Shown piece by piece: positions 1 through 10,989 of a stretch of 64,000 bases of DNA (positions within the stretch are counted from its first letter, which is position 1; each line of letters opens with the position of its first letter). Both the position numbers and the translations under genes were made by a program. Below the pieces are notes generated by a model. It saw only the letters and a program-made list of their open reading frames with translations, did no database searches and had not been told where the DNA came from. The stretch is from Armatimonadota bacterium (GTDB taxonomy: Bacteria; Armatimonadota; UBA5829; DSUL01), in the NCBI GenBank assembly GCA_039811685.1, contig JBDHZC010000002.1, forward strand, positions 288,001-352,000. The letters are read 5' to 3'.

Positions 1-138
1 TCCGTCTGCGGTGGCGCGGACATCGGCCTCAGGAACGGTTCCCATTTCCCATGCCAGGCGGAACGATTCCAGAGTGTTCTCCGGTCCCAGGTCTCCAGCG
101 CCCCGGTGAGACTGAATCAGCACGACATGCCGGCCCAT
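1..138 (-). CDS. Glycerophosphodiester phosphodiesterase family protein (N-terminal part; continues beyond the window start)
   Basis: Hand translation of the minus strand from ATG at 138: MGRHVVLIQSHRGAGDLGPENTLESFRLAWEMGTVPEADVRATADG, matching the GDPD motif HRG..PENT..F..A..E.DV..T.DG. Confidence 0.85.
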   Translation of the reverse strand, partial: MGRHVVLIQSHRGAGDLGPENTLESFRLAWEMGTVPEADVRATADG

Positions 139-186
139 TTCAGCGTCCCGGCCGCGGGAAGGCCGGGACGCCAGAGGTTGCGGTGC

Positions 187-1356
187 CTAGATCTCGGACG
201 TGCTGACCCAGCGGCGCTCGCGAGATGAGCGCGTGACAGCTTCCAGCACTATCTGGCACTTCAGGCCATCCTCAAAGTCTGCGTGCGGGTTCTTCCGGGT
301 CGCGATGCCCGTCATAAGCTCATACACCTGATGCGTGAACGTCTGCGCCCAGCCGATTATGTGCGCAGGCGGCCACCACGCGTGCATCCACGGATGAGAG
401 CCTTCCGTCGTCTGAATTACCCGGAAGCCCTGGCGGTCGCCGGGGTCGCTGCGGTCAAAGTACTCCAGCTCGTTCAGACGCTCAACATTGAAACGGATCG
501 AACCTTTGTCCCCGTTGATCTCGAAAGTGTTGCCATTGCGATGACCGGCGGCGAAGCGCGTCGCTTCAAACGTGCCCACAGCGCCATTCTTGAACTTCAC
601 GAGGAAAAGGCTGGCGTCGTCAACGGTCACTTCGCCCTTCTCTGACGACCCGGCCGCCGTCAGGCCGCCGGTCGTTGCCGCCAGCTTCGGACGCTCTTTG
701 ACGAAAGTCTCCTGATGCCCGACAACCTCGTCAATATCCCCCACGAGATAGTGTGCCAGATCGATCGAATGCGCCGCAAGGTCGCCGTGCGCTCCTGACC
801 CGGCGACATCGCCCTGCAAACGCCAGACAAGCGGAAAGTCCGGGTCAATGATCCAGTCCTGAAGATAGAACCCTCGCCAGTGGAATATGCGCCCGATCTT
901 TCCTTCGTCAATGAGCTGCTTTGCAAAGCGGATAGCGGGCACAGCGCGGTAGTTGAAGTTGACCATGTTGATAACGCCGGCCTTCTTGACGGCATTTACC
1001 ATTTCACGAGCCTGGGCAACATTCATCGCCAGGGGTTTTTCGCAGAAGATATGTTTGCCTGCCTCCGCTGCGGCTATGGCCATTTCGTGATGAACGTTGT
1101 TACCGGTTGCAATGTCAACCAGACCGATGTCGCTTCGCTGTACCAGGTTGCGCCAGTTTGTCTCGTACTCGTCCCAGCCAAATTGCTTCTGCGCCTCGGT
1201 GACACCCTTCTCATCGCGACCACAGATGACTTTCATGCGGGGTCTGGGCTTAACATCCGGAAAGTAGAAGGCGACATCCCGGAAGCCTTGACTGTGAGCC
1301 TTTCCCATGAACTTGTAACCTATCAGACCGACATTGATCTCTTCAGCCAATTCCAT
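187..1356 (-). CDS. Gfo/Idh/MocA family oxidoreductase
   Basis: Rossmann GLIGYKFMG, CEKPLA and GAHGDLAAHSID motifs; GAGGAGG RBS upstream. Confidence 0.92.
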   Translation of the reverse strand: MELAEEINVGLIGYKFMGKAHSQGFRDVAFYFPDVKPRPRMKVICGRDEKGVTEAQKQFGWDEYETNWRNLVQRSDIGLVDIATGNNVHHEMAIAAAEAGKHIFCEKPLAMNVAQAREMVNAVKKAGVINMVNFNYRAVPAIRFAKQLIDEGKIGRIFHWRGFYLQDWIIDPDFPLVWRLQGDVAGSGAHGDLAAHSIDLAHYLVGDIDEVVGHQETFVKERPKLAATTGGLTAAGSSEKGEVTVDDASLFLVKFKNGAVGTFEATRFAAGHRNGNTFEINGDKGSIRFNVERLNELEYFDRSDPGDRQGFRVIQTTEGSHPWMHAWWPPAHIIGWAQTFTHQVYELMTGIATRKNPHADFEDGLKCQIVLEAVTRSSRERRWVSTSEI

Positions 1357-1504
1357 ACCTCCTCACTCCGGCCACACCGGAGACGCATAACCTCAAGTCT
1401 TTGGAATCCAACCACACCAGCGCCCTGTCAGCGCTGGCGCCGTGGAGAACTCTGTTGCACCTATTCCGACACAAAAGCCGCGACATCCTCCCTTGCCACA
1501 CGAA

Positions 1505-1536
1505 GAAGCCCGGCGTCAACGCGACCGCCGGGCTTC
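1505..1536 (-). terminator. Probable intrinsic terminator after the PPIase gene
   Basis: 11-bp inverted repeat GAAGCCCGGCG/CGCCGGGCTTC just past the stop; only a short U-rich tail. Confidence 0.55.
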
Positions 1537-1560
1537 CTCCAGAACTTATCTGCCTGCGCT

Positions 1561-2784
1561 CTACTTGGTGGGAGCAGGCGGCGGTGGCGGCGGAGCCTCT
1601 GTCCCGCCGGAGCCGTTGCCAGTGGCCGGTTTGGGTTTTGGCGCTGGCGCAGGCTTGGGCGCGGGTGGCGGTGTGGGCGTCATAGCAGGCGCGGGCTTCG
1701 GGTTTTCTCCGACGTAGCGCGTTGTCTTCTTGACGCAGTCCTCTTTCACACGCAGATACCAGGCCGTCATCTCCGGACGCAGTTTTTCGTCTGTAATCCG
1801 CTTCGTCAACTCGGCCTTTTCGGCAGGCGTCGCGTCTTTGCCCAGCTTCTCCACCTGAATCAGGTGGTAGCCGTAGTTGGTCTTGACCGGTTCAGAGATA
1901 TCGCCGGGTTTCAGAGCAAACGCCGCGTTGTCAAAATCCGCAACCATAGTGCCGCGCTTGAACCACCCCAGGTCGCCGCCCTGCTGCTTACTGCCCGGAT
2001 CGTCCGAGTGCTCCTTGGCAAGCTCGTCAAACTTCGCTTTACCGGCCAGAATCTCCGCTTTCCAGTCCTCGAGCTTCTTCTTGTTGTCTTCTTCGCTCTT
2101 GGCTTTTTCTTCAGGCGTGTTGCCGGAAGTGCTGAGCAGAATGTGGCGCGCCTTGATGTACTGAGCCAGGTCCTGATCAGTCACCTTGATACTCTTGGCG
2201 GCAGCTTTTTCGACGTAGATATTTGTCTTCAGCTCATCCCGAAGCTGCTGATCTGTCAGGTTGTACTGGCTCTTGAACTGGTCGAAGGTCATGCCCTGCT
2301 GAGCCACACGGCCTTTCAGCTCATTCACCTTCTCGTCAATGTCAGCCTTGGTAATCTGCACACCCTGAGCCTGCGCGGCCTGCTGCACACAGGCCTTGTC
2401 AATGAGCTCGCTGGTGAGACTGACCGCGTAGCGCTGCCACGCGGCATTGTCCACCTGACCCTTGGTAATCTTCTGAGACCCGACTATCGCCACGACGGTC
2501 GAGGCAGGCGCGCTGGCTGTAATCGGCTTCTTCGGCGCAGGTGTAGCCGGTTTCGCTGCAGGCTTGGCGGCGGACTTTGCAGCCGGTTTTGCCGCAGGTT
2601 TGGCCTTCGGCTTGGCAGCAGGCTTGGAAGCTGCAGGTTTGGTGGTGGACTTGGCCGCCGGTTTGGCGGTTGTGGTCTTGGTCGCAGGCGTAGATGCCGC
2701 AGCCCAGACAGCGGTTTTAGTGGCTGGTAGCGAGGCGAGCCCCAGTGTCAACGCGGTCGCCATCCATAGAGATGCCCTACACAT
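1561..2784 (-). CDS. Exported parvulin-type peptidylprolyl isomerase (PrsA/SurA-like foldase) with Ala/Lys/Pro-rich N-terminus and Pro-rich C-terminus
   Basis: [42 protein letters not shown] rotamase motifs; signal peptide after ATG 2784 (start chosen by me; ORF extends to 3012). Confidence 0.88.
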   Translation of the reverse strand: MCRASLWMATALTLGLASLPATKTAVWAAASTPATKTTTAKPAAKSTTKPAASKPAAKPKAKPAAKPAAKSAAKPAAKPATPAPKKPITASAPASTVVAIVGSQKITKGQVDNAAWQRYAVSLTSELIDKACVQQAAQAQGVQITKADIDEKVNELKGRVAQQGMTFDQFKSQYNLTDQQLRDELKTNIYVEKAAAKSIKVTDQDLAQYIKARHILLSTSGNTPEEKAKSEEDNKKKLEDWKAEILAGKAKFDELAKEHSDDPGSKQQGGDLGWFKRGTMVADFDNAAFALKPGDISEPVKTNYGYHLIQVEKLGKDATPAEKAELTKRITDEKLRPEMTAWYLRVKEDCVKKTTRYVGENPKPAPAMTPTPPPAPKPAPAPKPKPATGNGSGGTEAPPPPPPAPTK

Positions 2785-3123
2785 AGGCGTAAACGTGCTC
2801 CTCTCTGAAGCAGACTTCAGGACTTTGTTGCGTAAGTCGCATAGTAGCTGATCAGTTGCGCATAGCGCGCAAAAGGCATAGGCTAGCCGCCCAACGCCAG
2901 ACAGCCGGACAGTATTATGCCCCACAAACCCGCCTTGTGCATAGTCTATAGCGGAATTTGGGATAATTCCTCGTGAAACCAGAGTCTGCTGATCGCGACG
3001 TGAGCGACACAAGCATTACGAACAGATATCCCGCGCCGGTTCCGGCAACCGCCAGCTTTGCGCTGGTGCTACAATACAGGCAGCTTCGAGTCCGTGGCCT
3101 CACTGCATAACACACCAGCCATC

Positions 3124-4272
3124 ATGAAAAAACGGGACAAAGCCATCATAGACAACTGGCGCGAGGAGATGCGGGCTGCGCAGACGTACGAGACTCTCGG
3201 TAAGGTAGAAAAGGACCCACACCGCAAAGCGCTCTTTCAAGAGCTGGCTGAGATGGAGAAGAAGCACGCCGGGATGTGGGCCCAGAGGATGGCGCAGCTT
3301 GGCATTCGCCAGCCGCCTCCGCCACCGGGACGCCGGGCCAAAGTGTACCGGCTCATGGCAAAGCATCTGGGACCGGTACGCATGCTGGAGCGCATTGAGA
3401 AGGATGAGCGCCATCACGCGCACGAGTTTCAGCGGCAACTCAAAGAGATTCACGAGGACGACGCCGTCATCCTAAGAGAGATCGCCCACGATGAGAAAGA
3501 CCTGACCAGACGGCTGCACCACGCTGTCTCGGAATCCAGGGAACAGGGCGAGCTCAACTACCTTCTTCACCGGGAGAAGTGGCACGTCAAAGGCGGAAGC
3601 TGGGTGGCGGACGCTATCTACGGAGTCAATGATGGGCTTGGCGCGGTGTTTGGCATCGTGAGCGGAATGGCCGGCTACACGGGAGGCAGCGGACTTGTGC
3701 TGGTTGCCGGTCTGGCCGGTATGCTGGCAAGCGCCCTCTCAATGGGCTCAAGCGCGTATCTGGCGGCCAAATCCGAAAAGGAAGTCATCGAGTCAGAGCT
3801 TGCTCGCGAGCGCGAGGAGATCCTCGAAGAACCCGAAGAAGAGCGCCGGGAACTGGAGCTGATCTACAAGCTGAAGGGTTTCTCAGATGAAGAGGTCGAT
3901 ATCCTCGTTGACCGCCTGAGCAAGAATCCCGAAGACATGCTCAGCACTCTGGCGCACGAGGAGCTGGGTATCTCCCACTCTTCCGCGCCGAATCCCTGGA
4001 CCAGCATGTTCTCATCTATGATCTCCACCGCTATTGGCGCCTCTGTCCCACTGATCCCGTTCTTCTTCACGACGGGCATGCCGGCTGTCGTCGCCGCTCT
4101 GGTAATCAGCCTGATGGCTCATTTCGCCGTAGGCGCGCTCAAGAGCCTCCTTACCACGCGCCACTGGTTTACCTCAGGCCTCGAGATGACCTCTGTCGGA
4201 GTCATTGTCTCAGTCGCCACCTACATCCTGGGAAGGCTGCTTGGACAGGCGGGGCTCCCTGGCGCAGGCTAG
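3124..4272 (+). CDS. Rubrerythrin/ferritin-like domain fused to a VIT1/CCC1 iron transporter (MbfA-like)
   Basis: N-terminal E..(x)..EKKH and DERHH di-iron motifs; DAIYGVNDGL and SALSMGSSAYL VIT1 motifs; ATG at 3124. Confidence 0.88.
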   Translation: MKKRDKAIIDNWREEMRAAQTYETLGKVEKDPHRKALFQELAEMEKKHAGMWAQRMAQLGIRQPPPPPGRRAKVYRLMAKHLGPVRMLERIEKDERHHAHEFQRQLKEIHEDDAVILREIAHDEKDLTRRLHHAVSESREQGELNYLLHREKWHVKGGSWVADAIYGVNDGLGAVFGIVSGMAGYTGGSGLVLVAGLAGMLASALSMGSSAYLAAKSEKEVIESELAREREEILEEPEEERRELELIYKLKGFSDEEVDILVDRLSKNPEDMLSTLAHEELGISHSSAPNPWTSMFSSMISTAIGASVPLIPFFFTTGMPAVVAALVISLMAHFAVGALKSLLTTRHWFTSGLEMTSVGVIVSVATYILGRLLGQAGLPGAG

Positions 4273-4451
4273 GGCAAAAGCCACGCAAATCTCTCACCGC
4301 CCTGTCCGGACCCGCTCCGAGCCTGTCACGCCGCTGCATCGAAACTACACCACTAACCTCACATCCCCACGAGAGAGGGAAAAATTCTTTTATCTTTTTT
4401 CACAGGTCTGTTGCACTGACAGGAATTGACAGTGTCAGCGCCTACACTGGA

Positions 4452-5026
4452 GACGTGGGGGAAACAATCGGGCCAAACGACGCGCCTGGACCAGCCCATC
4501 GTGTCAGTTGTGGCCCCTGGCAGAAAGCCTCGACCTGCGCAACCCGTCTGCCACGTATGCAGATGGGACTCCCCCCACGCACGCAGCGGAGAGCCTCTGC
4601 GACTGGCGTCAGTCGTAAGCGTTACGGCCGAAGAGGAGCCGCAGCCTTTACCACTGAGTGTTGGAGGTGGAGCCTGGCACTGAGCGCAAGGGCTGCTCTT
4701 TATTCTTCGGCTCAGAGGTAGCGGGCTGACTGGCCGCGGCGCTGCCCGGATTCACAGCAGCGCACACGAGTGAGCGCCAGAGGCACAGCCTGAGATGTCC
4801 GGCAGGACGGTTGTCGCGCGGCAGGGGGCGGCGCCGCCCGCCGGGCGGCGGGGACGTGAAGCCGCCTGCGATGCGCTGAACGCCTGAAGTGTGCAGCCGC
4901 TATTTCGTGACTGGGCAAATGGCGCCACGAGCGCGTCTTGACCTGAGCGCGCGTTCACGTGTGGCACACCCGGCGATGCAACCGCACTCTGGAATGTCAC
5001 CAACGAGCGAGAGACGTTGCGGTGGG
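4452..5026 (+). ncRNA. Candidate large multi-domain structured RNA, family unknown
   Basis: About 765-bp gap between convergent genes with no convincing ORF; many nested stems whose G-U pairs work on the + strand (see findings); boundaries approximate. Confidence 0.5.
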
Positions 5027-5037
5027 AGAAGAAAAGT

Positions 5038-6144
<1,107 letters not shown>

Positions 6145-6267
6145 TTGTTAAGCGATTCCTCCCATGATGGGCAGCGCTCCCGGCCTGGCAAGACGCCTCC
6201 GGGCCATCAAGAAGCGAGCAAAACGTACAACGCAGCGCAGTTTATCCGCGCAAGCGGCTTTCCGGGA

Positions 6268-6297
6268 ATTATACGAAGCAGGCGCGCCTCGCGTCAA
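6268..6297 (-). promoter_or_regulatory. Sigma70-type promoter of the ABC ATPase gene
   Basis: Minus strand TTGACG-N18-TATAAT about 125 nt upstream of the start. Confidence 0.7.
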
Positions 6298-6443
6298 TGG
6301 GCAGATTCCCATCCGCTCCCGCGCGTTGGGTTTGGACACCCTGGAGGCGCCCGCTATCACAGGTTCTGACACACTGCCATGGCTGACCGCGACACCTGCG
6401 CTTGAGCCGCGCCCGTGGAAGCCTGATGCATGGCGCCTGCTCC

Positions 6444-9164
6444 TCATCTCTCTGCACTGATATGAAAGCTGTATGAGCCGGAACCCACTTCCAGCCTGAC
6501 CCACTCCCCTGCGTCCTGTGCAGACGTAACTCCGGTTACAGCGTTGAAAGAGCTGTTTTTCCACACCGGGCGCCCGCCTTCAGTCACTGTGGCTGCGCCT
6601 GGCGCTGTCTTGGGCGCCCACACCCGAGCCTGGGCATTGGCGGGCACGGTCACATTCAGTGTAACGCCCGAGGAGTCGCGCTTCCAGTGAGACGCAACTC
6701 GTCCGCGCGCAGTATCCACCGACGCCTGCGCCTCGTTGAGATCGCCCATCAGATAGGGCTTTACGTCAAAGCGCTCGTAGCCGGGATAGCGCCAGTCTGG
6801 AACGATACCGGCCATATGTGAGTAGAACCAGCCACTGATAAAGCCGAAGGCAGGGTGGTTGTGCGAGTTCATCCCAGGTCCTGTCTCGCGCTTCCACAAC
6901 TCCCAGATCGTCGTTGCGCCGTTGGCAATCATGTATCCGTATCCGGGATAGTCAGGTTGGGTGGCGACTGTATAGGCGACGTCGGGGCGACCTTCATTGC
7001 ACAGCGCTTCAAAGAGATAGCGTGTACCCGGGAAGCCAGTACTCAGATGTCCCTTGTGTGTGACCATAATGTCGTGCACAAGGTTGTCCACTACAGCCGC
7101 ACGATGGGCTTGCGGCACAATCTGGAGATACAGCGGCCAGATGTACGAAAACTGACTTCCGTTGCCGTAAACATTCGTCTGAGGGTCGAAAAACTTGCTG
7201 TTGAAGGCTTCAGCAATCTTCCCGCACAACTCCGCGTACGTGCGCTGATCGTCGAGCCTGCCGAGTTGCTGCGCCATCTCACTCACCAGCTTCGATACAA
7301 AATAAAAGCAACCCGTTGAGATGAGGTCTTTGGGCGTTTCGACCAAACCCACCCAGTCACCGTAGTTGTTATGGGTGTAGATGTAGCCGGGCGACCCACT
7401 CTTGACAAAATCCACATAGCGCTTCAGTCCGTCGTAGTGCTTCTCCAGCAGGGCTCTGTCACCGTCATGGCGGTAAACATTCCAGACAATGAGATGATAA
7501 GCCACGGACCACATCGGGTCGCCCACGTCTGTACCCCAGACGTGCGGGACAGTGTCCGGAATACGCCCGTCCGCCCCTTGAGAGTCCTGAATGTCCTGCG
7601 CAAACTTGGTGAACGCCGCGCCCATATTGAAGTTGTAGCATCCCGCGTCACACGTCATTCCCGCGTCACCCATCCATCCCTGCCGCTCATCCCTTTGAGG
7701 GCAGTCTGTTGGGATCGAGTGGAAATTCGTCTTAAATCCCCAGACGGAGTTGTGCTGTATCTGGTTGATCAGTTCGTTGGAACAAGAGAACTCCCCGCGC
7801 GGCGAGAAGTCTGTGTGGACCAGTCTTCCCTTCACAACATCCGAGCCTTCCGGGCGTCCCGGATAACCTTCTATCTGCACGTAACGAAAACCGTGGTAGG
7901 TGAATCTGGGCTCGTAGATTTCCTGCCCGGAGCCTTTCAGAATGTAGGTGTCCGTGGCTTTTGCTGACCGGAGATTTTCCTGATTCACTGAACCATCCGG
8001 ATGCAGTATCTCTGCGTAGCGCAACTTGACTTCCTGCCCCGCCGGTCCGGCCACCCGTAGCTGGCACCACCCCGAAAAGTTTTGCCCAAAATCGAACACC
8101 CACACGCCGGGCTTGACTTCCTTCATGCTCTTGAAAGGCAGTGTTTCGGTTACCCGAACGGGCTGAATCTCCTGTGCGGACAGCAACTTTGTGGGAGAAT
8201 CACAGAGAACAACTCCTCTCCACGCCGAGTCGTCGAATCCCGGCATGTCCCAGCCAGACTGCTCAAGCCGGGCGTCATAGGTCTCGCCGTTGTAAAGGGA
8301 GTTCATCAGAATCGGACTGGTGGACCACTTCCACGACTCATCCGTCGCAAAACTGGCGTGCGTTCCATCGGTGTAATCGACATTTATCTGAAGGAGAAGA
8401 CACAGATTCTGCGAGAACCAGCCCTTGCCGAGAATGGCTCCGACGGCGTTCTTTCCCTCTCGCAGAGCGTCTGTGACGTCGTAGGCGCTGTAAAGGGCGC
8501 GCCGGTCAAAGTTGGTGTAAGACGGGTCGAGCACCCTGTCCCCAACTTTCTCCCCGTTAATCCGCAGCTCGTAGTATCCGAGCCCGCAGACGTAGGCGCG
8601 GGCCCGGCGGATAGGTTTGTCCAAAACTATCTCAGTGCGCAGTTGCGGCGCGATCTGGGACTCTGCCGCCGCGGCGGGGCCGTCACCTTTGCCGCCCGGC
8701 GGGGCGCCAATCCATTTGCCCCGCCAGTCACCCGGGCGCAGAAGCCCCATCTCAAAGCTCGCCGGAGACGACCACTCACTCTCGCGCCCATGGCCGTCCC
8801 AGATTTTCACGCGCCACCAGTAAGCCTGAGCGCTCAGAAGCGCAGAAGCTTCACAGGGCACGCTCAGTGAATTGGCAGACTCGACTTTCCCGCTGTCCCA
8901 GACGACAGATTTCCCCGCAACGAGCGACTGCGGACCGGTGGCCACCTGAATGCGATAGGCAGATTGAAGCGCGCCGCGCTCTGTCTCCTGCATCTGCCAC
9001 GACAGGAGCGGGCGCTTCGCGTCGATACCAAGTGGACTCACGCGATGCTCGCACGTCAGATTGACAGCGGACGGCCTAGCCGCCTGAACAGGTGAAACGG
9101 AGACACAAGACGCAGCCATCAACAAGAGAGCACAGGCGGAGACAGAAAAGAGGTCGTGATACAT
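6444..9164 (-). CDS. Secreted alpha-L-rhamnosidase family protein (GH78)
   Basis: Signal peptide; DFGQNFSGW, PRFTYHGFRY, PTDCPQRDERQGWMGD, GATTIWELW, MNSHNHP motifs. Confidence 0.92.
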   Translation of the reverse strand: MYHDLFSVSACALLLMAASCVSVSPVQAARPSAVNLTCEHRVSPLGIDAKRPLLSWQMQETERGALQSAYRIQVATGPQSLVAGKSVVWDSGKVESANSLSVPCEASALLSAQAYWWRVKIWDGHGRESEWSSPASFEMGLLRPGDWRGKWIGAPPGGKGDGPAAAAESQIAPQLRTEIVLDKPIRRARAYVCGLGYYELRINGEKVGDRVLDPSYTNFDRRALYSAYDVTDALREGKNAVGAILGKGWFSQNLCLLLQINVDYTDGTHASFATDESWKWSTSPILMNSLYNGETYDARLEQSGWDMPGFDDSAWRGVVLCDSPTKLLSAQEIQPVRVTETLPFKSMKEVKPGVWVFDFGQNFSGWCQLRVAGPAGQEVKLRYAEILHPDGSVNQENLRSAKATDTYILKGSGQEIYEPRFTYHGFRYVQIEGYPGRPEGSDVVKGRLVHTDFSPRGEFSCSNELINQIQHNSVWGFKTNFHSIPTDCPQRDERQGWMGDAGMTCDAGCYNFNMGAAFTKFAQDIQDSQGADGRIPDTVPHVWGTDVGDPMWSVAYHLIVWNVYRHDGDRALLEKHYDGLKRYVDFVKSGSPGYIYTHNNYGDWVGLVETPKDLISTGCFYFVSKLVSEMAQQLGRLDDQRTYAELCGKIAEAFNSKFFDPQTNVYGNGSQFSYIWPLYLQIVPQAHRAAVVDNLVHDIMVTHKGHLSTGFPGTRYLFEALCNEGRPDVAYTVATQPDYPGYGYMIANGATTIWELWKRETGPGMNSHNHPAFGFISGWFYSHMAGIVPDWRYPGYERFDVKPYLMGDLNEAQASVDTARGRVASHWKRDSSGVTLNVTVPANAQARVWAPKTAPGAATVTEGGRPVWKNSSFNAVTGVTSAQDAGEWVRLEVGSGSYSFHISAER

Positions 9165-9283
9165 AGAAATGGTCAGTGAGTCCCTTGACGCAGGCCTCTC
9201 ACCGCGTCCCTTTCAGGTAGTCTGAATGTGTATTCGTGAACCGCGGCCCCTAATCCTACCACCCACCAGATCAGAAGACTGCG

Positions 9284-10129
9284 CTAGCTTCCGCTTGACG
9301 GTTGAGCCGAGGGTACGTTCAAGTCTTCCGGCCGAAGAGCGCCCTCACCAAAGATGACAGGGAAGCTGTGGTCCCGGTGCTGACGCGTCCGCGCATCCAG
9401 ATAGCACACGCTGAAAGCCCGTCTGGGAGTATCCGTGTGGTTGACGTCCGATCTGTGCAACACCATGTTGTGAAGTAGAACCGCCTCTCCGGGCTCCAGT
9501 TCGAGGTAGGCGATCTTGTCCGGCGGGCAATACTGACGCTCCTGCTCCTGCGTAATGGTGTGTCCAAGCTTGCTGAGAAGCCCAAGCCGGTGAGTGCCAG
9601 AGACAACCTGCACACAGCCATTCGCTCTCGTCGCCGGGTCCAGAGCCAGCCACACCGTCACGAGTGGATCGCGATCCAGAGACCACTGGTCGCCCGCGTC
9701 CTGGTGCCAGGGAAGAAATGTGCCTTTCCGGGCCGGTTTGTTCATGAACATGGCGCGGTAGCACGAGATGGACGCGTGCCTTCCATAGACTTCACCGCAA
9801 ATTTCGCGGAACAGCGGCTTTTGCATGTACGAAAGAAACAGCGGATCGTATTCGAGGTCCTGTATTTTCCGGTACGCGAGGGTGGCGCCTTTGTGTCCGC
9901 TGGTCTGGCTTGACAGCTCGGAGTACGACCCTGTCTCAGAGTCCAGTTGCATGAGCATCCGGCTGTAGTTCACCGGAGCGCGGCCAAGCATAATGTCGTC
10001 TATACGCTGCTGCAACGCGCTCAACTCCTGCGGTGTAATCACCGTGCCCAGCCGCAGATAGCCTTCTCGCCAGTACTGAATCCACTGATCGTCGCTGATT
10101 GTGCCTGTCACCATTGTCCGTCTCCCCAC
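9284..10129 (-). CDS. Phytanoyl-CoA dioxygenase (PhyH) family 2-oxoglutarate/Fe(II) dioxygenase
   Basis: PWHQD, VWLALD..T..NGC..V..GTH, LHRSDVN..RRA motifs. Confidence 0.9.
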   Translation of the reverse strand: MGRRTMVTGTISDDQWIQYWREGYLRLGTVITPQELSALQQRIDDIMLGRAPVNYSRMLMQLDSETGSYSELSSQTSGHKGATLAYRKIQDLEYDPLFLSYMQKPLFREICGEVYGRHASISCYRAMFMNKPARKGTFLPWHQDAGDQWSLDRDPLVTVWLALDPATRANGCVQVVSGTHRLGLLSKLGHTITQEQERQYCPPDKIAYLELEPGEAVLLHNMVLHRSDVNHTDTPRRAFSVCYLDARTRQHRDHSFPVIFGEGALRPEDLNVPSAQPSSGS

Positions 10130-10192
10130 ACTGTGATAACATACTGAGCGCGGGTCTGCAAGTCCGTTCAGGCATCCACCTTTTCAGTCCAC

Positions 10193-10963
10193 ATGCAGTA
10201 CATTCTGCTTTTCATCGCGGCGTTCATCGCAGGCGCCATTAACTCGGTTGCCGGTGGTGGAACGCTTATCACGTTCCCATCGCTTCTGTCCGCCGGTGTC
10301 AGCCCGATAGCGGCTAATACCACGAGCACAGTGGCGCTCGTGCCAGGCTCTTTCAGCGCGTACTGGGGCTACCGGGATGAGCTGGAGCACGGCTGGAAGG
10401 AGCTGGCGTGGATCGGGCTTCCGAGCCTCATCGGCGGCTACCTCGGCGCAGTTCTGCTGGTGCACACCGGAGACAAACTGTTTGCGAAGATGATTCCGTG
10501 GCTGATTCTGGGAGCGACAGCGTTGTTCGCCATTCAGGAGCCCTTCAGACGCATTGTCAACAGAAACGCCTCAGGCGATCCGTCTCACCACGCATTCAAA
10601 GGACGGCGACTGGCGCTCACGATGGCTTATCAGTTTGTAGTGGCGCTGTACGGAGGGTTCTTTGGCGCAGGCATCGGGATCCTTATGCTGGCGGCGCTGG
10701 GCATGCTGGGACTGTCGAATATTCACCGGATGAACGCCCTGAAAGCCTTTGCGGCCGTCTGCATAAACGGAGTCGCTGCTGTCACGTTCATCATTGAGCG
10801 CAATGTCGTTTGGCACTTCGCCATCTTGATGGCTGTGGGCTCGGTGGCCGGAGGCTACGGAGGAGCGGGGCTTGCCAGACGTATCGGCCAGCGCAATGTC
10901 CGGCTGTCCGTTATTGTCATCGGTGTAGCGATCGGTCTTTACACTCTGCTGAAGCGATCTTAG
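10193..10963 (+). CDS. TauE/SafE family membrane transporter
   Basis: AGAINSVAGGG and YGGFFGAGIG motifs; multiple hydrophobic helices. Confidence 0.9.
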   Translation: MQYILLFIAAFIAGAINSVAGGGTLITFPSLLSAGVSPIAANTTSTVALVPGSFSAYWGYRDELEHGWKELAWIGLPSLIGGYLGAVLLVHTGDKLFAKMIPWLILGATALFAIQEPFRRIVNRNASGDPSHHAFKGRRLALTMAYQFVVALYGGFFGAGIGILMLAALGMLGLSNIHRMNALKAFAAVCINGVAAVTFIIERNVVWHFAILMAVGSVAGGYGGAGLARRIGQRNVRLSVIVIGVAIGLYTLLKRS

Positions 10964-10989
10964 CGAGCTTCTGCCGCCAAGCCTGCACG

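Noticed and set aside
880..2730. 616-aa plus-strand ORF
   Set aside because: Antisense shadow of the oxidoreductase and PPIase genes, with no motif; such shadows are common at high GC. The same applies to 23671-24999 and 45992-47407.
4785..4890. Resemblance to a TPP riboswitch (CTGAGA...TGAACGCCTGA) and to the SRP helix 8 loop (TCCGGCAGGA)
   Set aside because: TPP core spacing and the GCGUAGGG-type segment are missing and no gene lies downstream; the SRP CAGG/AGCA internal loop is absent
4205..4918. Short ORFs of 68-88 aa in the large intergenic gap
   Set aside because: No convincing RBS, domain or protein-like composition; they overlap each other in different frames
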